A stretch of 64,000 nt of DNA, taken from assembly GCF_009914755.1 (NCBI RefSeq), contig NC_060927.1. The stretch is one strand, 5' to 3'. The DNA is from the human T2T-CHM13v2.0 reference genome, Homo sapiens. A model generated the notes under the pieces. The model saw only the letters and a list, made by a program, of their open reading frames with translations, searched no databases and was not told the DNA's origin. The translations under genes and the position numbers were made by a program. Of the stretch, positions 28,345 through 41,379 are shown piece after piece (within the stretch, counting starts at the first letter, position 1; the number at the start of each line of letters is the position of its first letter).

Positions 28345-28635
28345 GGACCAGGAAGGTGGCTCACACAAGTAATCTCAACAATTTGCAAGCTAAGATGGGA
28401 GGATTGCTTCAGCTCCAGAGTTCAAAGCCAAACTGGGCAACAAAGATAGCCTCTGTCTCTACCAAAATTTAAAAAAAATAGCCATACATTGTGGGATGCA
28501 CCTATAGTCCCAGCTATTTGGAAGACTGAGGTAAAATAATCACTTGAGCCCAGGAGGTCAAGGCTGAAGCAAGCTGTAGTCACATCACTGCACACAGCCT
28601 GGGTGACAGAAAGAAACACTGTCTTAAAAAAAAAG
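28345..28635 (+). mobile_element. AluJ, diverged
   Basis: GGGAGGATTGCTT and GAGCCCAGGAGGTCAAGGCTG; TSD AAAAGTT at 28336-28342 and 28636-28642. Confidence 0.88.
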
Positions 28636-31600
28636 AAAAGTTCATTCTTCTGAAAACATAAGCAAAATTGACAAACCTTTAGCCAGATTAAGAAAACAAG
28701 AGAGAAGAACCAAATAAACAGAATTAAAGATAAAAAGGAGACATCATGACCAACACTGCAGAAATTCAAACAATCTTTAGTGGCTACTATTAGCAACTAT
28801 ATGCCAATAAGTGGAGAAAAATCTTAGACATATGCAACCTACCAAAATTGCACCATGAAGAAATCCACAACCTAAACAGACCAATGAAAAGTAACAAGGT
28901 CAAAGCCGTAAATAAAGTCTCCCCACAAAGAAAAGCCTCTCTGCTTTTCACTGCTAAATTTTACCAAACATTTAAAGAACTAATACCAATCCTACTCAAA
29001 CTATCCTGAAAAATAGAGGAGGAAACAATATTTCCAAACTCATTCTACAAGGCTGGTATTTGCCCTGATACCAAAACCAGACAAAGACCCATTAAAAAAA
29101 AAAAAGAGGAACCTATAGGCCAATATCCTTGGTAAGCATTGATACAAAATTTCTCAGCAAAATTCTAGCAAAACAAATTCAGCATCACATTATAAAGATT
29201 ATTCTTCCTGACCAGGTGGGATTTATGCCAGTGATGTAAGGATGGTTCAACATATACAAATCAATGTAATACATCATATCAACAAAATGAAGAACAAAAA
29301 CCGTATGATAATTCAATTGATATTGGAAAAGCATGTGATTGAATTCAATATCTCTTCATAATAAAAAACATCAAAAAACTGAGTATAAAAGGAACATCCC
29401 TAGACACAATAAAATGTGTATATATATGACAGACCCACAAATAGCATCATATTGCATGGGAAAAAAACAAAAGCCTCCTTTCCTCTAAGATCTGGAACAC
29501 AGATAAGAATGCACACTTTCACCACTGTTATTTGACATAGTACTGGGAGTCCTAACTAGAGCAATTATACAAGAGAAAGAAATAAAATATATTCAAATTG
29601 GAAAGGAAGAAGTCAAATAATTTTTGTCTGCAGATGATATAATCTTATATTTGAAAAAAATAAAGACTTCGCAAGAAAACTGTTAGAACTGATAAATTAA
29701 GCAAAGTTGCAGGATACAATATCAACATATAAAAATCAGTAGCATGTCTCTATGCCAACAGCAAACAATCTGAGAAAGAAATCAAAAAAGTAATCCCATT
29801 TACAATAGCTTCAAATAAAATGAAACACCTAGGGATAAACTTAACCCAAGAAGTGAAAGATTTCTACAATTAAAACTATAAAGCATTGATGCAAAATATT
29901 GAAGAAGATCCCAAAAAATGGAAAGATTGTCTGTGTTCATGGATGGGAAGAATCAATATTATTAAAATGTCCATACTACTCAAATTAATCTACAGATTCA
30001 ATGTAATTCCTATCAAAAATATCAATGACATTTTTCAAAGAAATACAAAAACCATCCTAAAATTTATATAGAACCACAAAAGACTCAGAATAGCCAAAGC
30101 TACCCTGAACAAAAAGAGCAAAACTAGAGGAATCACATTACCTGACTTTAAATTATGCTATAGAGCTATAGTAACCAAACCAGTGTGGTACTGGCATAAA
30201 AACGGACAAGTAGACCAATGGAGCAGGTCCATACACCTACAGTGAGCTCATTTTTGACAATGGTGCCAAGAACATACATCAGGGAAAGGACAGTCTCCTC
30301 AATAAGTGGTGTTGGTAAAAATAGATATGCAGAAGAATGAAAATAGACCTCTATCTCTCACCATATACAATAATCAAATCAAAATGGATTACATACTTAA
30401 ATCTAAGACCTCAAACTGTGAAACTACTATAAGAAAACATTTGGGAAAGTCTCCAGGACATTGGACTGGGCAAAGATTTCTTGAATAAGACCCCACAGGC
30501 ATAGGTAACCAAAGCAAAAATGGACAAACAAGATCATATCAAGTTAAAAAGCTTCTTCATCACAAAATAAATAATCAACAAAGTGAACAGGCCACCCACA
30601 GAATGGCAGAAAAATTTTGGAAACTATCCATCTGACAAGGGATTAATAACCAGAATATACAAGGTGTTCAAACAACTCTATATAAAAAATCTAATAATCC
30701 AATTAAAAATGGGCAAAATATTTGAATAGACATTTCTCAAAAGAAGATGTAAAAATGGCAAACAAGTATATGAAAAGGTTCTCAACATCACTGATCACTA
30801 GAGAAATGCAAATTTAAATTTGCATTTAAAATGGTTTTTATCCAAAAGACAGCAATAACAAATGCTGGAGAGGATGTAGAGAAAATGGAACCCTCATACA
30901 CTGTTGGTGAGAAAGTAAATTGGTACAACTGCTATAGAGAACAGTTTGGAAGTTCCTTCAAAAACTAAAAATAGAACTACCATGTGATCCAGCAATCCCA
31001 CCGCTGGGTGTATACCCAAAAGAAAGAAAATTAGTATATTAAAGAGCTAACTGCACTCCCATGTTTATTGCAGCACAATTCACAACAGCTAAGATTTGGA
31101 AGCAAACTAAGTGTCTACCAACAGATATATGGATAAAGAAAATGTGGTACTTATAAACAATGGAGACCTATTCAGCCATTTAAAAAATTAGATGCTGTCA
31201 TTTGTAACAACATGGATGGAATTGGGGTCATTATGTTAAGTGAAATACACCAGGCACAGAAAAACAAACTTCACATGTTTTCAACTTTGTGGGAGCTAAA
31301 AATTAAAACAATCTCATGCAGATAGAGAAAGAATGATGGTTACCAGAGACTCGGGAGAGTAGTGGGGTACGGATGGAAGTGGGGATGGTACAAAAATATA
31401 GTTAGATAGAATGAATAAGATTTAGTATTTGATAGCACAACAGGGTGACTACAGTCAAGAATAATTTATTATACATTTAAAAGTAACCAAAAGAGTATAC
31501 TTGGGTTTTTGTAACACAAAGGATAAATGCTTGAGGTGTAAATTGGATACACCATTTATTCTGATGTAATTATTATCCATTGTTTGCCTGCATCATATAC

Positions 31601-31663
31601 CTCATGTACCCCATCAAATATACCCACAATTTTTTTTTAAATTTTTAAATTAAAATTTTTCAT

Positions 31664-32021
31664 TGACATATGGTTTGGCGCTGTGTACCCACCCAAATCT
31701 CACCTTGAATTGTAATAACCCCACATCATGGGAGGGACCCAATGGGAGGTAATTGAATCATGGGCATGGGTTTCTTCCCTTGCTGCTCTTATGATAGTGA
31801 ATAAGTCACGAGATCTGATAGTTTTTATAAGGGGGAGTTCCCCTACATAAGCCCTCTTGCCTGCCACCATGTAAGATGTCCCTTTGCTCTTCCTTCATCT
31901 TCTGCCATGATTGTGAGGCCTCCCCAGCCATATGGAAATGTGAGTCCATTAAACCTCTTTTTCTTTATAAATTACCTCATCTCAGGGATTTCCTTATTAG
32001 TAGCGTGAGAACGGACTAAGA
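31664..32021 (+). mobile_element. THE1C-like MaLR solo LTR
   Basis: ATATGGTTTGGCGCTGTGTACCCACCCAAATCTCACCTTGAATTG...GCGTGAGAACGGACTAA. Confidence 0.88.
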
Positions 32022-32024
32022 AAA

Positions 32025-32156
32025 CAAATAATAATTATACATATTTATATGATACATAGTGATGTTTTGATATATATCATGTATGGTTATCTGATCTGGG
32101 TAATAAGCATATCTGTCATCACAAACATTTATCATTTCTTTGTGTTGTGAATATCC
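32025..32156 (-). mobile_element. L1MA3/4-like 3' terminal fragment
   Basis: ACATAGTGATGTTTTGATA...AAACATTTATCATTTCTTTGTGTTG is the reverse complement of an L1MA 3' end. Confidence 0.65.
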
Positions 32157-32820
32157 TGGGAAACAAGACAAAGACCAAATTTCAAAAGTGACTCAGCAGG
32201 TAAAATCTCAGAAGATTGGGGATTTGAAAATACTAGAAGTAAAGTTCAATTATTCCAAAAAGAATAATATAGGGCTTTGTATCTAAAAGCAGATTGGAAA
32301 CTGGAAGATTGATGTAGATGGAGTGAAAAATAATAAACAAAACTTCTATTAATAGGAGCTTCTAGTCCAAGATCTCAGGAGTTCCACTGAAATCAATGCA
32401 TATCACAGCCAATGGCAATAGGTATGTCTATAAGAGATGGGGAATAAATCACTCACTGGGATTTCCACATAAAGTAAGTATTGTCAAGAACTTGTCAATT
32501 CTCACAAAATATAGAGTTTTAAATTTGCTGTATTTCAAGGCTTTTATCAGGGCTTCCCAACATTATTTGTAATGAGACAAAGAGTGTACAAGTTAGCTAG
32601 GCCCTCAAAGTACATGCAGACAGCTGATTATCCCTAATATTTTCCTATATTAGCCGTGAGGTGTTTAAAATCCTTGAAAATATCTCAAGCATAAAAGTTC
32701 AAATTAAACTCACAATTTTGCCTATAACGTCTACTTCTTCAAAATTTCACCTAATTTCATTTTTGGAAATAAGAATAAAGCCAGATACATTTTAGAAATC
32801 AAAGAATCATTCTACATGCG

Positions 32821-33269
32821 TATATTAGTCTGTTTGCATTGCTGTAAAGGAATATCCTTGACTAGCTGGTTTATGAAGAAAAGATATTTATTTGGCCCAC
32901 AGTTCTCCAGGCTTATATGAAGCATAGTGCCAGTATCTACTTCTGGTAAAAGCCTCAGGAAGCTTACAATCATGGTGGAAGGTGAAGAATAGCCAGCATG
33001 TTACATGGCAAGAGAGGAAGCAAGAAAGAAGGAGGTTCTGGCCTCTTTTAAACAACTAGATCTCAGGTGAACTCACAGAGGAAGAACTCACTCATTCTTG
33101 TAGGAACAGCATCAAGCCATTCATGAGGGATCTGCCCCCATGACCCAACCACCTCCCACTAAGCCCACTATGCCCACCTCTAACATTGGAGGTCACATTT
33201 CAACAAGTGATTTAGAGGCAACAAATCATCCAACAGAGTTGGAGGGGACAAAACATCCAAACCATATCA
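32821..33269 (-). mobile_element. MSTB/MSTA-like MaLR LTR
   Basis: TATTAGTCTGTTTGCATTGCTGTAAAGGAATA...ATTCATGAGGGATCTGCCCCCATGACCCAA...ACATCCAAACCATATCA. Confidence 0.87.
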
Positions 33270-33346
33270 ATGTTATTTCACCTCTTTCAGCCATGTACAT
33301 CCATAAACCCACTAAGTATTACAATATTTATTGTCTAGTACATACT

Positions 33347-33972
33347 TATGGTAAGCAGAATTCGAAGATGGCCTCCAGAACCTTCAACCTCTGATGTATA
33401 TATGTATTACATAATTTCTTCCCCCTGGGTCTGAACAGGACTTATGAATATAATGGGAAATAACTTTTGTGATTGCATTACATTAAATGGCATACGTGCC
33501 CTTAAGAAAGGGAGCTTATTCTATGTGGTCTGACCTAATCTGATGAGCCCTTAAAAGGTACTGTGATGTTCTACAAGAAACAGAGTCAACATCTGAGAGG
33601 AATTCAACGTGAAGAAGATTCTCCACTGCAGTTTTTGAATGGAGGAAGCCACATGGGAAGGAACGTGGGTAGCCTCCAGCAGCTTAGAACATTTTCTAGC
33701 TGATGATAGCAGGAGAACGGGATCTTCTGCTCGCAACCACAAGGAAGGGAATTCTGTTAATAAACTAAATGAGCTTAATAGAGTCAAAGAGAATTCCATG
33801 TTCCAGATAAGAACACAATCTGCTTGACATCAGCTCTTGAAGAACGTGAACAGAGAATTCAGTTATCCCTTCCCAGACTTCTGAACTGCAGAAACTATGA
33901 TATACTAAATGGCTATTGGTTTAAGCCACTAACTCTGTGCTCATTTGTTACACAGCAATACAGAACTAAGAC
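33347..33972 (+). mobile_element. MLT1E-like MaLR LTR
   Basis: TGGTAAGCAGAATTCGAAGATGGCC start; TTTAAGCCACTAA...TTTGTTACACAGCAATACAGAACTAAGACA end. Confidence 0.8.
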
Positions 33973-34049
33973 AGTATTTCTTGTACCAACCTCATCTACT
34001 TTTCTAAATCAATTATGGTAATACTTTACAAGTAAATACTTCTATAACA

Positions 34050-34440
34050 CAGCCAGAGGCCAATAGTTCCCCAGGAAATGATTATTGGTTAAAGGCTGGG
34101 TATACAATGTAAGTTAACCTGGTAATACTGAACAAATAGCTTTTATTCTGTATTTGAAGGAGACATACATATAATATATAAATGAAGAAACCTGTTGCCT
34201 TAGATACTGCTATTCTGAGACCAAGAAGGAAGCTACCCTGTAGGTAAGCTGACAAGCAAAGAGAGAGTGTAGCTTAGAGAATGATAGAAAAATGACCACA
34301 GGTTTCTGATTCTACTATGCATGCAGTCCATGTTATCTGTTTACTTTCTAATTATGTGAAATAATGAATTAGTTTTCACTGATCAAGGCTAATTGAGCCA
34401 GATTTTTGTTAGATAGAAATAAAAGCATCACCTGTGTGAC
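34050..34440 (+). mobile_element. Old MLT1 (J/K/L-like) LTR
   Basis: GATTATTGGTTAAAGG...; 3' end TTATGTGAAATAATGAATT...AAGGCTAATTGAGCCAGATTTTTGTT. Confidence 0.5.
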
Positions 34441-35069
34441 AACATACGGATGGCCAATCACAAAGAAGTTACAGAGAGAAGCTACTTCATTTGAGTTATA
34501 AATCTGTTTACATGGGAAATACAGTGTAATAACAAGGTTTAAAATTACCCATAAGTCATACAACTTTATTTATACAAAAAGCGTAATTTCTGATAAGTGC
34601 TAGCTTTGCTGACTACTCAAGAACACAATAAAATGAAATTCTATTCTTCATTTAACATTAACAAACAATGAAATAGTTAACTGTGATTTTGATATAACAG
34701 AAACCTTGGGAAAAAGTGAATGTTATCCTAGAATTTATTATACTTAAACAAAGGAGCACTTTTAAATGTACTATAGGTTTAATAAATCAAAAACTAACCT
34801 AAATAAAAAAAGAATCTTAATGGGAATATGGTTCAAGAATGGGTTACTAACATAAAGAATTAATTTCTGACTACAAAACCCACAAATGATTCTAATAAAA
34901 AATTGAAAGGATTCACAAAACATATTGTAATCTTATTGAGGAGTTCCTTATTGAGTTCAGATATGCCAGAGGGCTTATTTTTAAAAATGTCTCCATTCAT
35001 TCAGTACGTGTAATTGTCTGAGATTTAGAGATATTGTGATCCCCTTATTGAAATCCAGGCTAACCACTT

Positions 35070-35165
35070 CGGAATTCTAGAATGAAAACCTGATGAAATA
35101 GGGGTTTTTATGTGTTTTGATTACTGCTGTACACATGGTAACATTCAATAAATATTTGTTGAAAG
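35070..35165 (+). mobile_element. L2 3' end fragment
   Basis: ACTGCTGTACACATGGTAACATTCAATAAATATTTGTTGAA. Confidence 0.6.
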
Positions 35166-35480
35166 TATTTAGTTTCTGTTCAAGTCAGTAGATTAGCAGA
35201 TTGTGTTTTTATATTTGCTTTTTACTTTCCCAAGTACACAGGTTAAAAAACAACACACAGAAATACAAAAAAGCAGCCGCTTATAAAAGAAGTGATTGGA
35301 GGGGGTTCCAAGAAAGAAAGAAATCAGTGAAAACGAGCAGCTACTCAGAATACAGTGCAGGGGCTGCAAAATAATTCTTTCCTCCAGGTGAATTTGATAA
35401 AACATCTGATGAGATCAAAGAATTCTACCTTGATTTTGACAAACAAGAAAAACACTCCTGTTATACTGGCATTCAGTGGG

Positions 35481-36020
35481 TGTTATATAAATGAGCCAAA
35501 GATGGCCTCTGTATATTGCCTCCTAGGTTGTCTACTTCTTCAAAACATGCTGCGGCCAGTTAGCTCAAAAGCCGTCTTGTCAGGAATGCAAGTTTTTACA
35601 CACTCATTTGTTTCAAATGTAGTCTTAAATAAGCATATGTTTAGCCACTTAGAGCCTGCCTGCCTTGCATAACCCTCAAAACTGCCCAGGATGTACTAGC
35701 CATAAGTAAGATTAATCTCAGGGCTTTAAATACACCAGGCCACTGACCCAGATACTCCCTACCATGCTGCTGAGTCACGTCACCTAAACTTGTAAGCCCT
35801 CTCTCTGACTCCTCATACCCTCTCCATCTTCCTTGGCTTCCTCCCCTTCTGAATGACCAACCTTTCACCATAGCCTCTGGACAAGCTCATGCTGTGAGGG
35901 ACTAACCCTGCATGCAAAACTGTCAAAAGGTGACCCCAGTAAGTCTTTTGTGTGATGCTGTTACCTTGCGGTCATGTCTTTGTCCTTGATTAGCCCCCAA
36001 CTCAATTCCCAAATTAATCA
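35481..36020 (+). mobile_element. ERV1 solo LTR (MER89/MER90-like; family tentative)
   Basis: TG...CA bounded, ~540 bp; ATGAGCCAAAGATGGCCTCTGTATATTG and TTAGAGCCTGCCTGCCTTGCATA. Confidence 0.55.
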
Positions 36021-36210
36021 ATTTCTCAAATTCCTTTCAAAGGATGTGAGGATGAGGAAGGTCCAGACTGATAGTTGACTGCCAGTAGGCTGCATCTTAA
36101 AACACAGTCTGTCAATTTGTAAGCCTCACCTCTGTGTAGAGTGTTTCTTGCAGAGTTATTATCCAGGGAAACATCTTTTAAGAAACAGATGCAAAGAGTA
36201 GGAGAAATCC

Positions 36211-36309
36211 AAGCCTGGGAGGTCAAGGCTGCTGTGAGGCATAATCAGGCCACTTCACTCCTGCTTGAGCAACAGAGTGAGACTGTGACTCAAAATAAAC
36301 AAAAAAAAA
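36211..36309 (+). mobile_element. AluJ/FLAM 3' fragment
   Basis: GGGAGGTCAAGGCTG...GCAACAGAGTGAGAC plus A tail; imperfect TSD AGTAGGAGAAATCC (36197-36210) / AGTAGGAAAAAGCC (36310-36323). Confidence 0.85.
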
Positions 36310-36589
36310 AGTAGGAAAAAGCCACATAGCTATTTAGTCTTTTTCATTTTAATTGTAATTTAAGAAATGCATACACAGAACATTTGGAACACAACAAAAC
36401 GATCAGAATTTGAATAACATAACACTGTTTAAGGTATCAGCACTCTGATTTCCTTCAGGTAAACTATTACTTCCCGAATTTCAGTACATGTGGTTTTGGT
36501 GTCACTTTTCCTCAATCTATTATTTCAGTAGTGCATGTGTCCTCTGCCCATTTAATCAAGATAATTCAACTTCCTGGCTTCCGTGATTG

Positions 36590-36875
36590 ACTGTAAACAT
36601 GAAGACACTAGTCACCATGTAGCCAACTCGAGAAGAAAGCCTAGTTAAGATAAAATCAGACAAAGAAAAGTGGAAAGATGGTGGAGGTGAAAAAAAGAGA
36701 AAGAAAAAACTAGTGACATCAGCTGAACTTCTGGACCTATTTATGTTTAAGATATGAACAAAATTATGCATAATGAAAGCTCTATTTTGAACTTTCATAA
36801 AATATAATTACAATTTCCTGAAACCATTTTAACTGGGTTTCCTATACTTGCAACATAAAAAGTAGTGGATAAAAA
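36590..36875 (+). mobile_element. Old MLT1 LTR 3' fragment
   Basis: GTGACATCAGCTGAACTTCTGGACC...AACTGGGTTTCCTATACTTGCAAC. Confidence 0.45.
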
Positions 36876-37322
36876 CCACAGCTATTGGTACTAGTTAATG
36901 TACTAGAAAAAACAAATTAGGAAAATATATACTATTTAAAATTCCTCATAAGGCTAAGTTGGAATGAAAGAATAAGATCTCCATTCATATTATAGAATAA
37001 GTTTCTGGCTGTCCATGAGACTCTGTGATAAAACTGTAGATGAATTATTCCTCATGATTACCTAGAGCAATGTATTCATTGAGGATGTGGCAGTAAGACA
37101 TCTTTCTTCTCTAAGTAACAAAACTTCCAACTCCAACTACCCCAATAATTTGTATTTTGGAGTGGGGTGAGGGATTGTAACTGTAAAGACCAAAAGTAGC
37201 AGAAAAATCATATGTGTGGTTTGCTTGGCCTCCAGCTGCCATTTATCTGAATTTTCTGATTTTTTTTCTTCTTAGTCCTACCCTATATGCAGCCTTTTTT
37301 CTTACTGTGGCTTTTCTCACTG

Positions 37323-37324
<2 letters not shown>

Positions 37325-37375
<51 letters not shown>
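37325..37375. repeat. Poly(A)51 homopolymer
   Basis: Uninterrupted A run with no adjacent Alu or L1 body. Confidence 0.97.
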
Positions 37376-37377
<2 letters not shown>

Positions 37378-37699
37378 AAGAATGGAGCAGTTCTAACCTT
37401 CATATGAGTATATGAGTATATCATTTTTAAAGTGTTCTAGAGTCAATCTTCAAATTCAGCCTAAATGGACAAACTAGGTTACATATCCACTCATGATTTT
37501 TGCTAGGGGGATAAAATGTACTGATTACCTAAAGAAAGTCATGGCCTTTCTCTAGAGCTGCAATGAAGGAAACCTCTATGTAATACAGGGACATAAAAGG
37601 AAATTAAATTGTTGGTACATTTAGGACAGGACAAAAGAGGGGAATGAATGCTAGAAAACCAAACAGCAACTGTCTATTAGTTAGGATGAAATTCTGGGA

Positions 37700-40170
37700 A
37701 ACCAGATTACCCCTACTATAAAGAAATTAAAATTACTATGTCATAGGTCAGATGGACACTTCAAATGGTATTTGATAAATGAGTCAAAATAAAGGGCAAA
37801 TCAAATTCCTAAATGTTCTCCTAAGGAATGAAACAACCTTCAAAGATTTCTCATGACCTAGTTGAAAAAATAAGATATTGCTGGCAACAGAAATCACTGA
37901 AGACCAAATTCAGATATTGACTCTGCAGCTTGCAGAATTACAATACCAGTTGATTTACAGCTTGACCATATATTTTATGTGAATGTTAGGGCATTGATCA
38001 TAAAAGATTAGACTCTTACTAATTGCGAAGAAGATACTACAGATTAATTAAAAGACATGAAATAGATCAACCTCCAAAATTCCAATGAAACATGACTTAC
38101 TGTACATCTCGTTTAGAAATTCAGTATCATCCATGCCTGAAGAAGCTGTCCTTAGATATAAAAAGAAAACTAAAGTTCATCTTGTCCAGTGGTTGGATAC
38201 TGAATGACAAGTAAAAGGAATATAAATTCAACATGGCTTGGGTGGAGTAAGAGATTATGGTAAAATTTATAATTAGAGCAAGAAATAAAGTGTTATACAC
38301 AAAAAGAATCAAGGGAATTTGCCATTAAAATATATGTATCAAATTTGTAGAAATGAATATGAAAGATGCTTAACAAAGTTGAGTAAGGCATAATTTTAAA
38401 GCATCCTGAATTCATTGATATATAGAGCTGTGATTCAATAGGCTAATTTAGGATAAGTATTCAAACTGTTTGATGGGCCCATTGCTGACCCACTGGGAAG
38501 ATGAAACTCTTAAATTAGAGTCCGTGAGCTACACAAGGTTATATAGTTGCCAATAGTCTGCCAAGATGGTTCAGAGCCTGTGAAGAAGCAACAAGTTTGG
38601 CAACCAGTTAGTAAATAGTACTGTAGGCATTTGGGGTAACGAAGGTTGAGGTTGGATATCTCAGAATGGGCAGAGAGCATGAGAAAATTGTATTCCACAT
38701 TCCACATGAACCTCAAAAGGAGCTTATTGCAGAAGTGTGGAGTTTAGATGAATTGTGCTGCAGATATCAGTCAGACTTTTACCTTAGGTACCCTGAACTT
38801 CTTTCCTCCATGGTCTCATAAACATAATGGCCATGATACCAGGAATAAAGACTATCCAAGAGTTTAACCAATATAATCTAACCAAGTAGGTTCTAGCTAT
38901 TGCACTGATGATTACTGAATTTTTCCAAGAATACTCACAACCTCTGAGCATATTTACGTGGAAGCATTATTCTGACAGGAGCAGGTTGATTATTTTGGAT
39001 CTGCAAAGTGACAATGACTGATGGAAAATAATTGATTTGGCAAAAACTACTTGTATGTACAATATAAGTAATGCATATAATAATTTACCTGCATGAAGAT
39101 TCCTGACAGAGTGTAAGTGCATCACTTACCATTGCAAGAGGGTGATTTCATGACCCTGCAGTCCCCAAAATTACCCTGCTGCTCCTGATATTACTTGTCA
39201 CCTCTTCAGAAAAATTATCTTTGAAATTTGTACCTGTCTTCTAACTGCTTGATGACTGTAGCTATATATTTGGCACACAATAACTGCTAAAAAATAAATA
39301 ATTATTTTTCTAAAAACAGAAAAAAAAAAAAAACATGATCTACATTCAATCTTCCAAAATCAGTTGACCAACTGTACCATTCACATGGCAGTTCCCAGCC
39401 ATCCTTATGTACTTTTCTGGAGAGATGTTGCCAGTGTTCCATTCATATTTCTCCAACTTTCCGGTATGCTCTGACAGAGGTCCAACTGGTAGTATATACA
39501 TCTTTGTTACTGAGTGTTTCCACCACCACCACCCCAGCCGCCACTCCCAACTGGGTTGCTTGGCCTGCATGTGCATGCCAGAAGTACTGAAGAAATGAAT
39601 ACCCCACTGAAATTCTTAGCTAACAATTCTTAGGATTTCGTATATGAATGCCCCACTTATTTCACTTTTCTGGTGGAATAATTTTGAGACATTCTTGTTG
39701 CAATTTCCCCAAGTGTCCCTGTGGGATGAAGTCCAGTTGCTCGTGGTTGCCCTGTTTTGTATGCATCACTTTCCTAGTTCCACATTTGTGTGCCCTGCCT
39801 TTTCAAATACACGACGTGCTTTGAATCCTTGTTTTGAGATCTGCTTCTGAAAAAGCCCGATCTTTTTCCTTCATGAAGGAGATGGAGATGTATGATCATT
39901 GAAAGTGATAATTTATCTGCATTCAGATTTTATTTCCCTCCCTCTCTGCTAACACTATCCATATACGAACTGAATGCTATATACACTGCCATAATAACTC
40001 ACACACCATGACTTCCAATACAACTTTTACTGCTCAGAAAAAGAAAGAAGGCTGTGGATTGATGTCAATTGGATTCACTAGTCGTATCATGCTGTCCATC
40101 AACCAGAGCCCCTGACATTATTGAATAGTGGCATCACCCAACCACCAGATGGGATACAACACTTACAAGG
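37700..40170 (+). mobile_element. Second ERVL-type internal region (gag, RNase H and integrase remnants), interrupted at ~39003-39860
   Basis: gag-like TGCAGAATTACAA...GTTAGGGCATTGAT; IN-like GCAGGTTGATTATTTTGGA; GGATTCACTAGTCGTATCATG after the interruption. Confidence 0.55.
39370..39860 (+). mobile_element. LTR16/LTR33-group ERVL LTR
   Basis: GTCCCTGTGGGATGAAGTCCAGTTGC...TTGAATCCTTGTTTTGAGATCTGCTTCTG. Confidence 0.55.
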
Positions 40171-40224
40171 TAAATGAATGTGTACAGTGAAAAAGGGACC
40201 AATACATACTTGGATTTATAGATT

Positions 40225-40320
40225 TTATTTCTGTGCCTTATTTTCTCATCTCTAAAGTAGGAATAATAATAGCCCTATCTCACAGGGTAAAGACTAAATG
40301 AGATAATACATATGGAATAA
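40225..40320 (+). mobile_element. MIR core fragment
   Basis: CTGTGCCTTATTTTCTCATCTCTAAAGTAGGAATAATAATAG...TAAATGAGATAATAC. Confidence 0.75.
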
Positions 40321-41379
40321 GTTTCTGTAATAGGACTGTACTATCTCTGGCAAGGTTTAGCTCAAAACATAAAGCCAGAAACAATGAATACTAATCATAT
40401 CCACACTTTAAAGCAAAATGCCAAAGCATCTATATAAAATATGATATAAATAAACTAAGAAAATTATTTTTCTGCCCATAGCTCACATTTTAAAGTATAT
40501 GAGAAGAGGCTTAAAGATCGAACAGAATAAGATTAAAGCATAAAGATTTCTTCAGGAAGTTATGTAGATATTTTTTCTGCGAACTTCGGAGAACTTCTAC
40601 ATATAAGGTTGCTTCAAGAAAACTACTAAAATAGCTTAACATGTGGGATGCAAGGACGGATACTTGACTCACTCATGCCTAAAAAGGCTAACCATGAGAA
40701 AGAGGCTTGAGGTGCCTATCCAGGGACAGAAAAGGAGGCAGGCTGCATGGACATAGCACACCATGAGCACAAGTAGGGCAAAGGTTGATGTTTCCCCATA
40801 GATGGTGTGGACTTTGCAGATGGGTGTCAGTCCTAGGTTATCTTGAAAGACACTTCCTGTAAGACCAAAGTGGCCACAATAGAATGCTTAAACTATGGCT
40901 CGAAAAACAAGTCAGTTAGTAAATAACCAAGGGATGCAAGTTGCCTCATCAAGAAACTAGAAATGAAAATCCTCAATGATTAGGTTTTCTGAAAAGCCTT
41001 CAGTAGAATTAATATTTAGACAGCTGACACACAAATGGGCACTGATATCATACGTTATGTCAAGTAAGCATTTTTTTCTATTTCCTTTTCTCCCCGTCTG
41101 TTTTCTTGAAGGGATTCTTCTGTTGCTTCCCCACACTGTTGTCTGTGACTGCTGAACCTGACTGAAGAAGCTGACATGGAAGTCATCCTCAACCCTTCCA
41201 CTTCAAGTTTCTGAGACTGAATCAGAACTGGGCTTTGGGAGGAAAACTTCTTAATCAAGTAAGAAATTGCTTTGAACTTGAGTAAGCTTTTTAAAACCTA
41301 AAATTTACCAGAGAAACAGTGAGATCCGCAAGGGTTGTATATAGGGGCAAGGAAGGATAATTTGAAGCACTTCTTTATG

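Larger units (their letters stand above)
25560..31645 (+). mobile_element. L1MA2-like LINE-1 (inter-ORF region, decayed ORF2, 3'UTR) hosting AluS, MER11 and AluJ
   Basis: ORF2 start region ACAAAATGGCAGG; RT remnant TCTGCAGATGATAT; 3'UTR GAATAAGATTTAGTATTTGATAGCACAACAGGGTGACTACAGTC. Confidence 0.85.

Noticed and set aside
37214-37396. Poly-lysine ORF; likewise the poly-Leu ORF at 56455-56793
   Set aside because: Translation artefacts of the A51 and (CAA)12 runs
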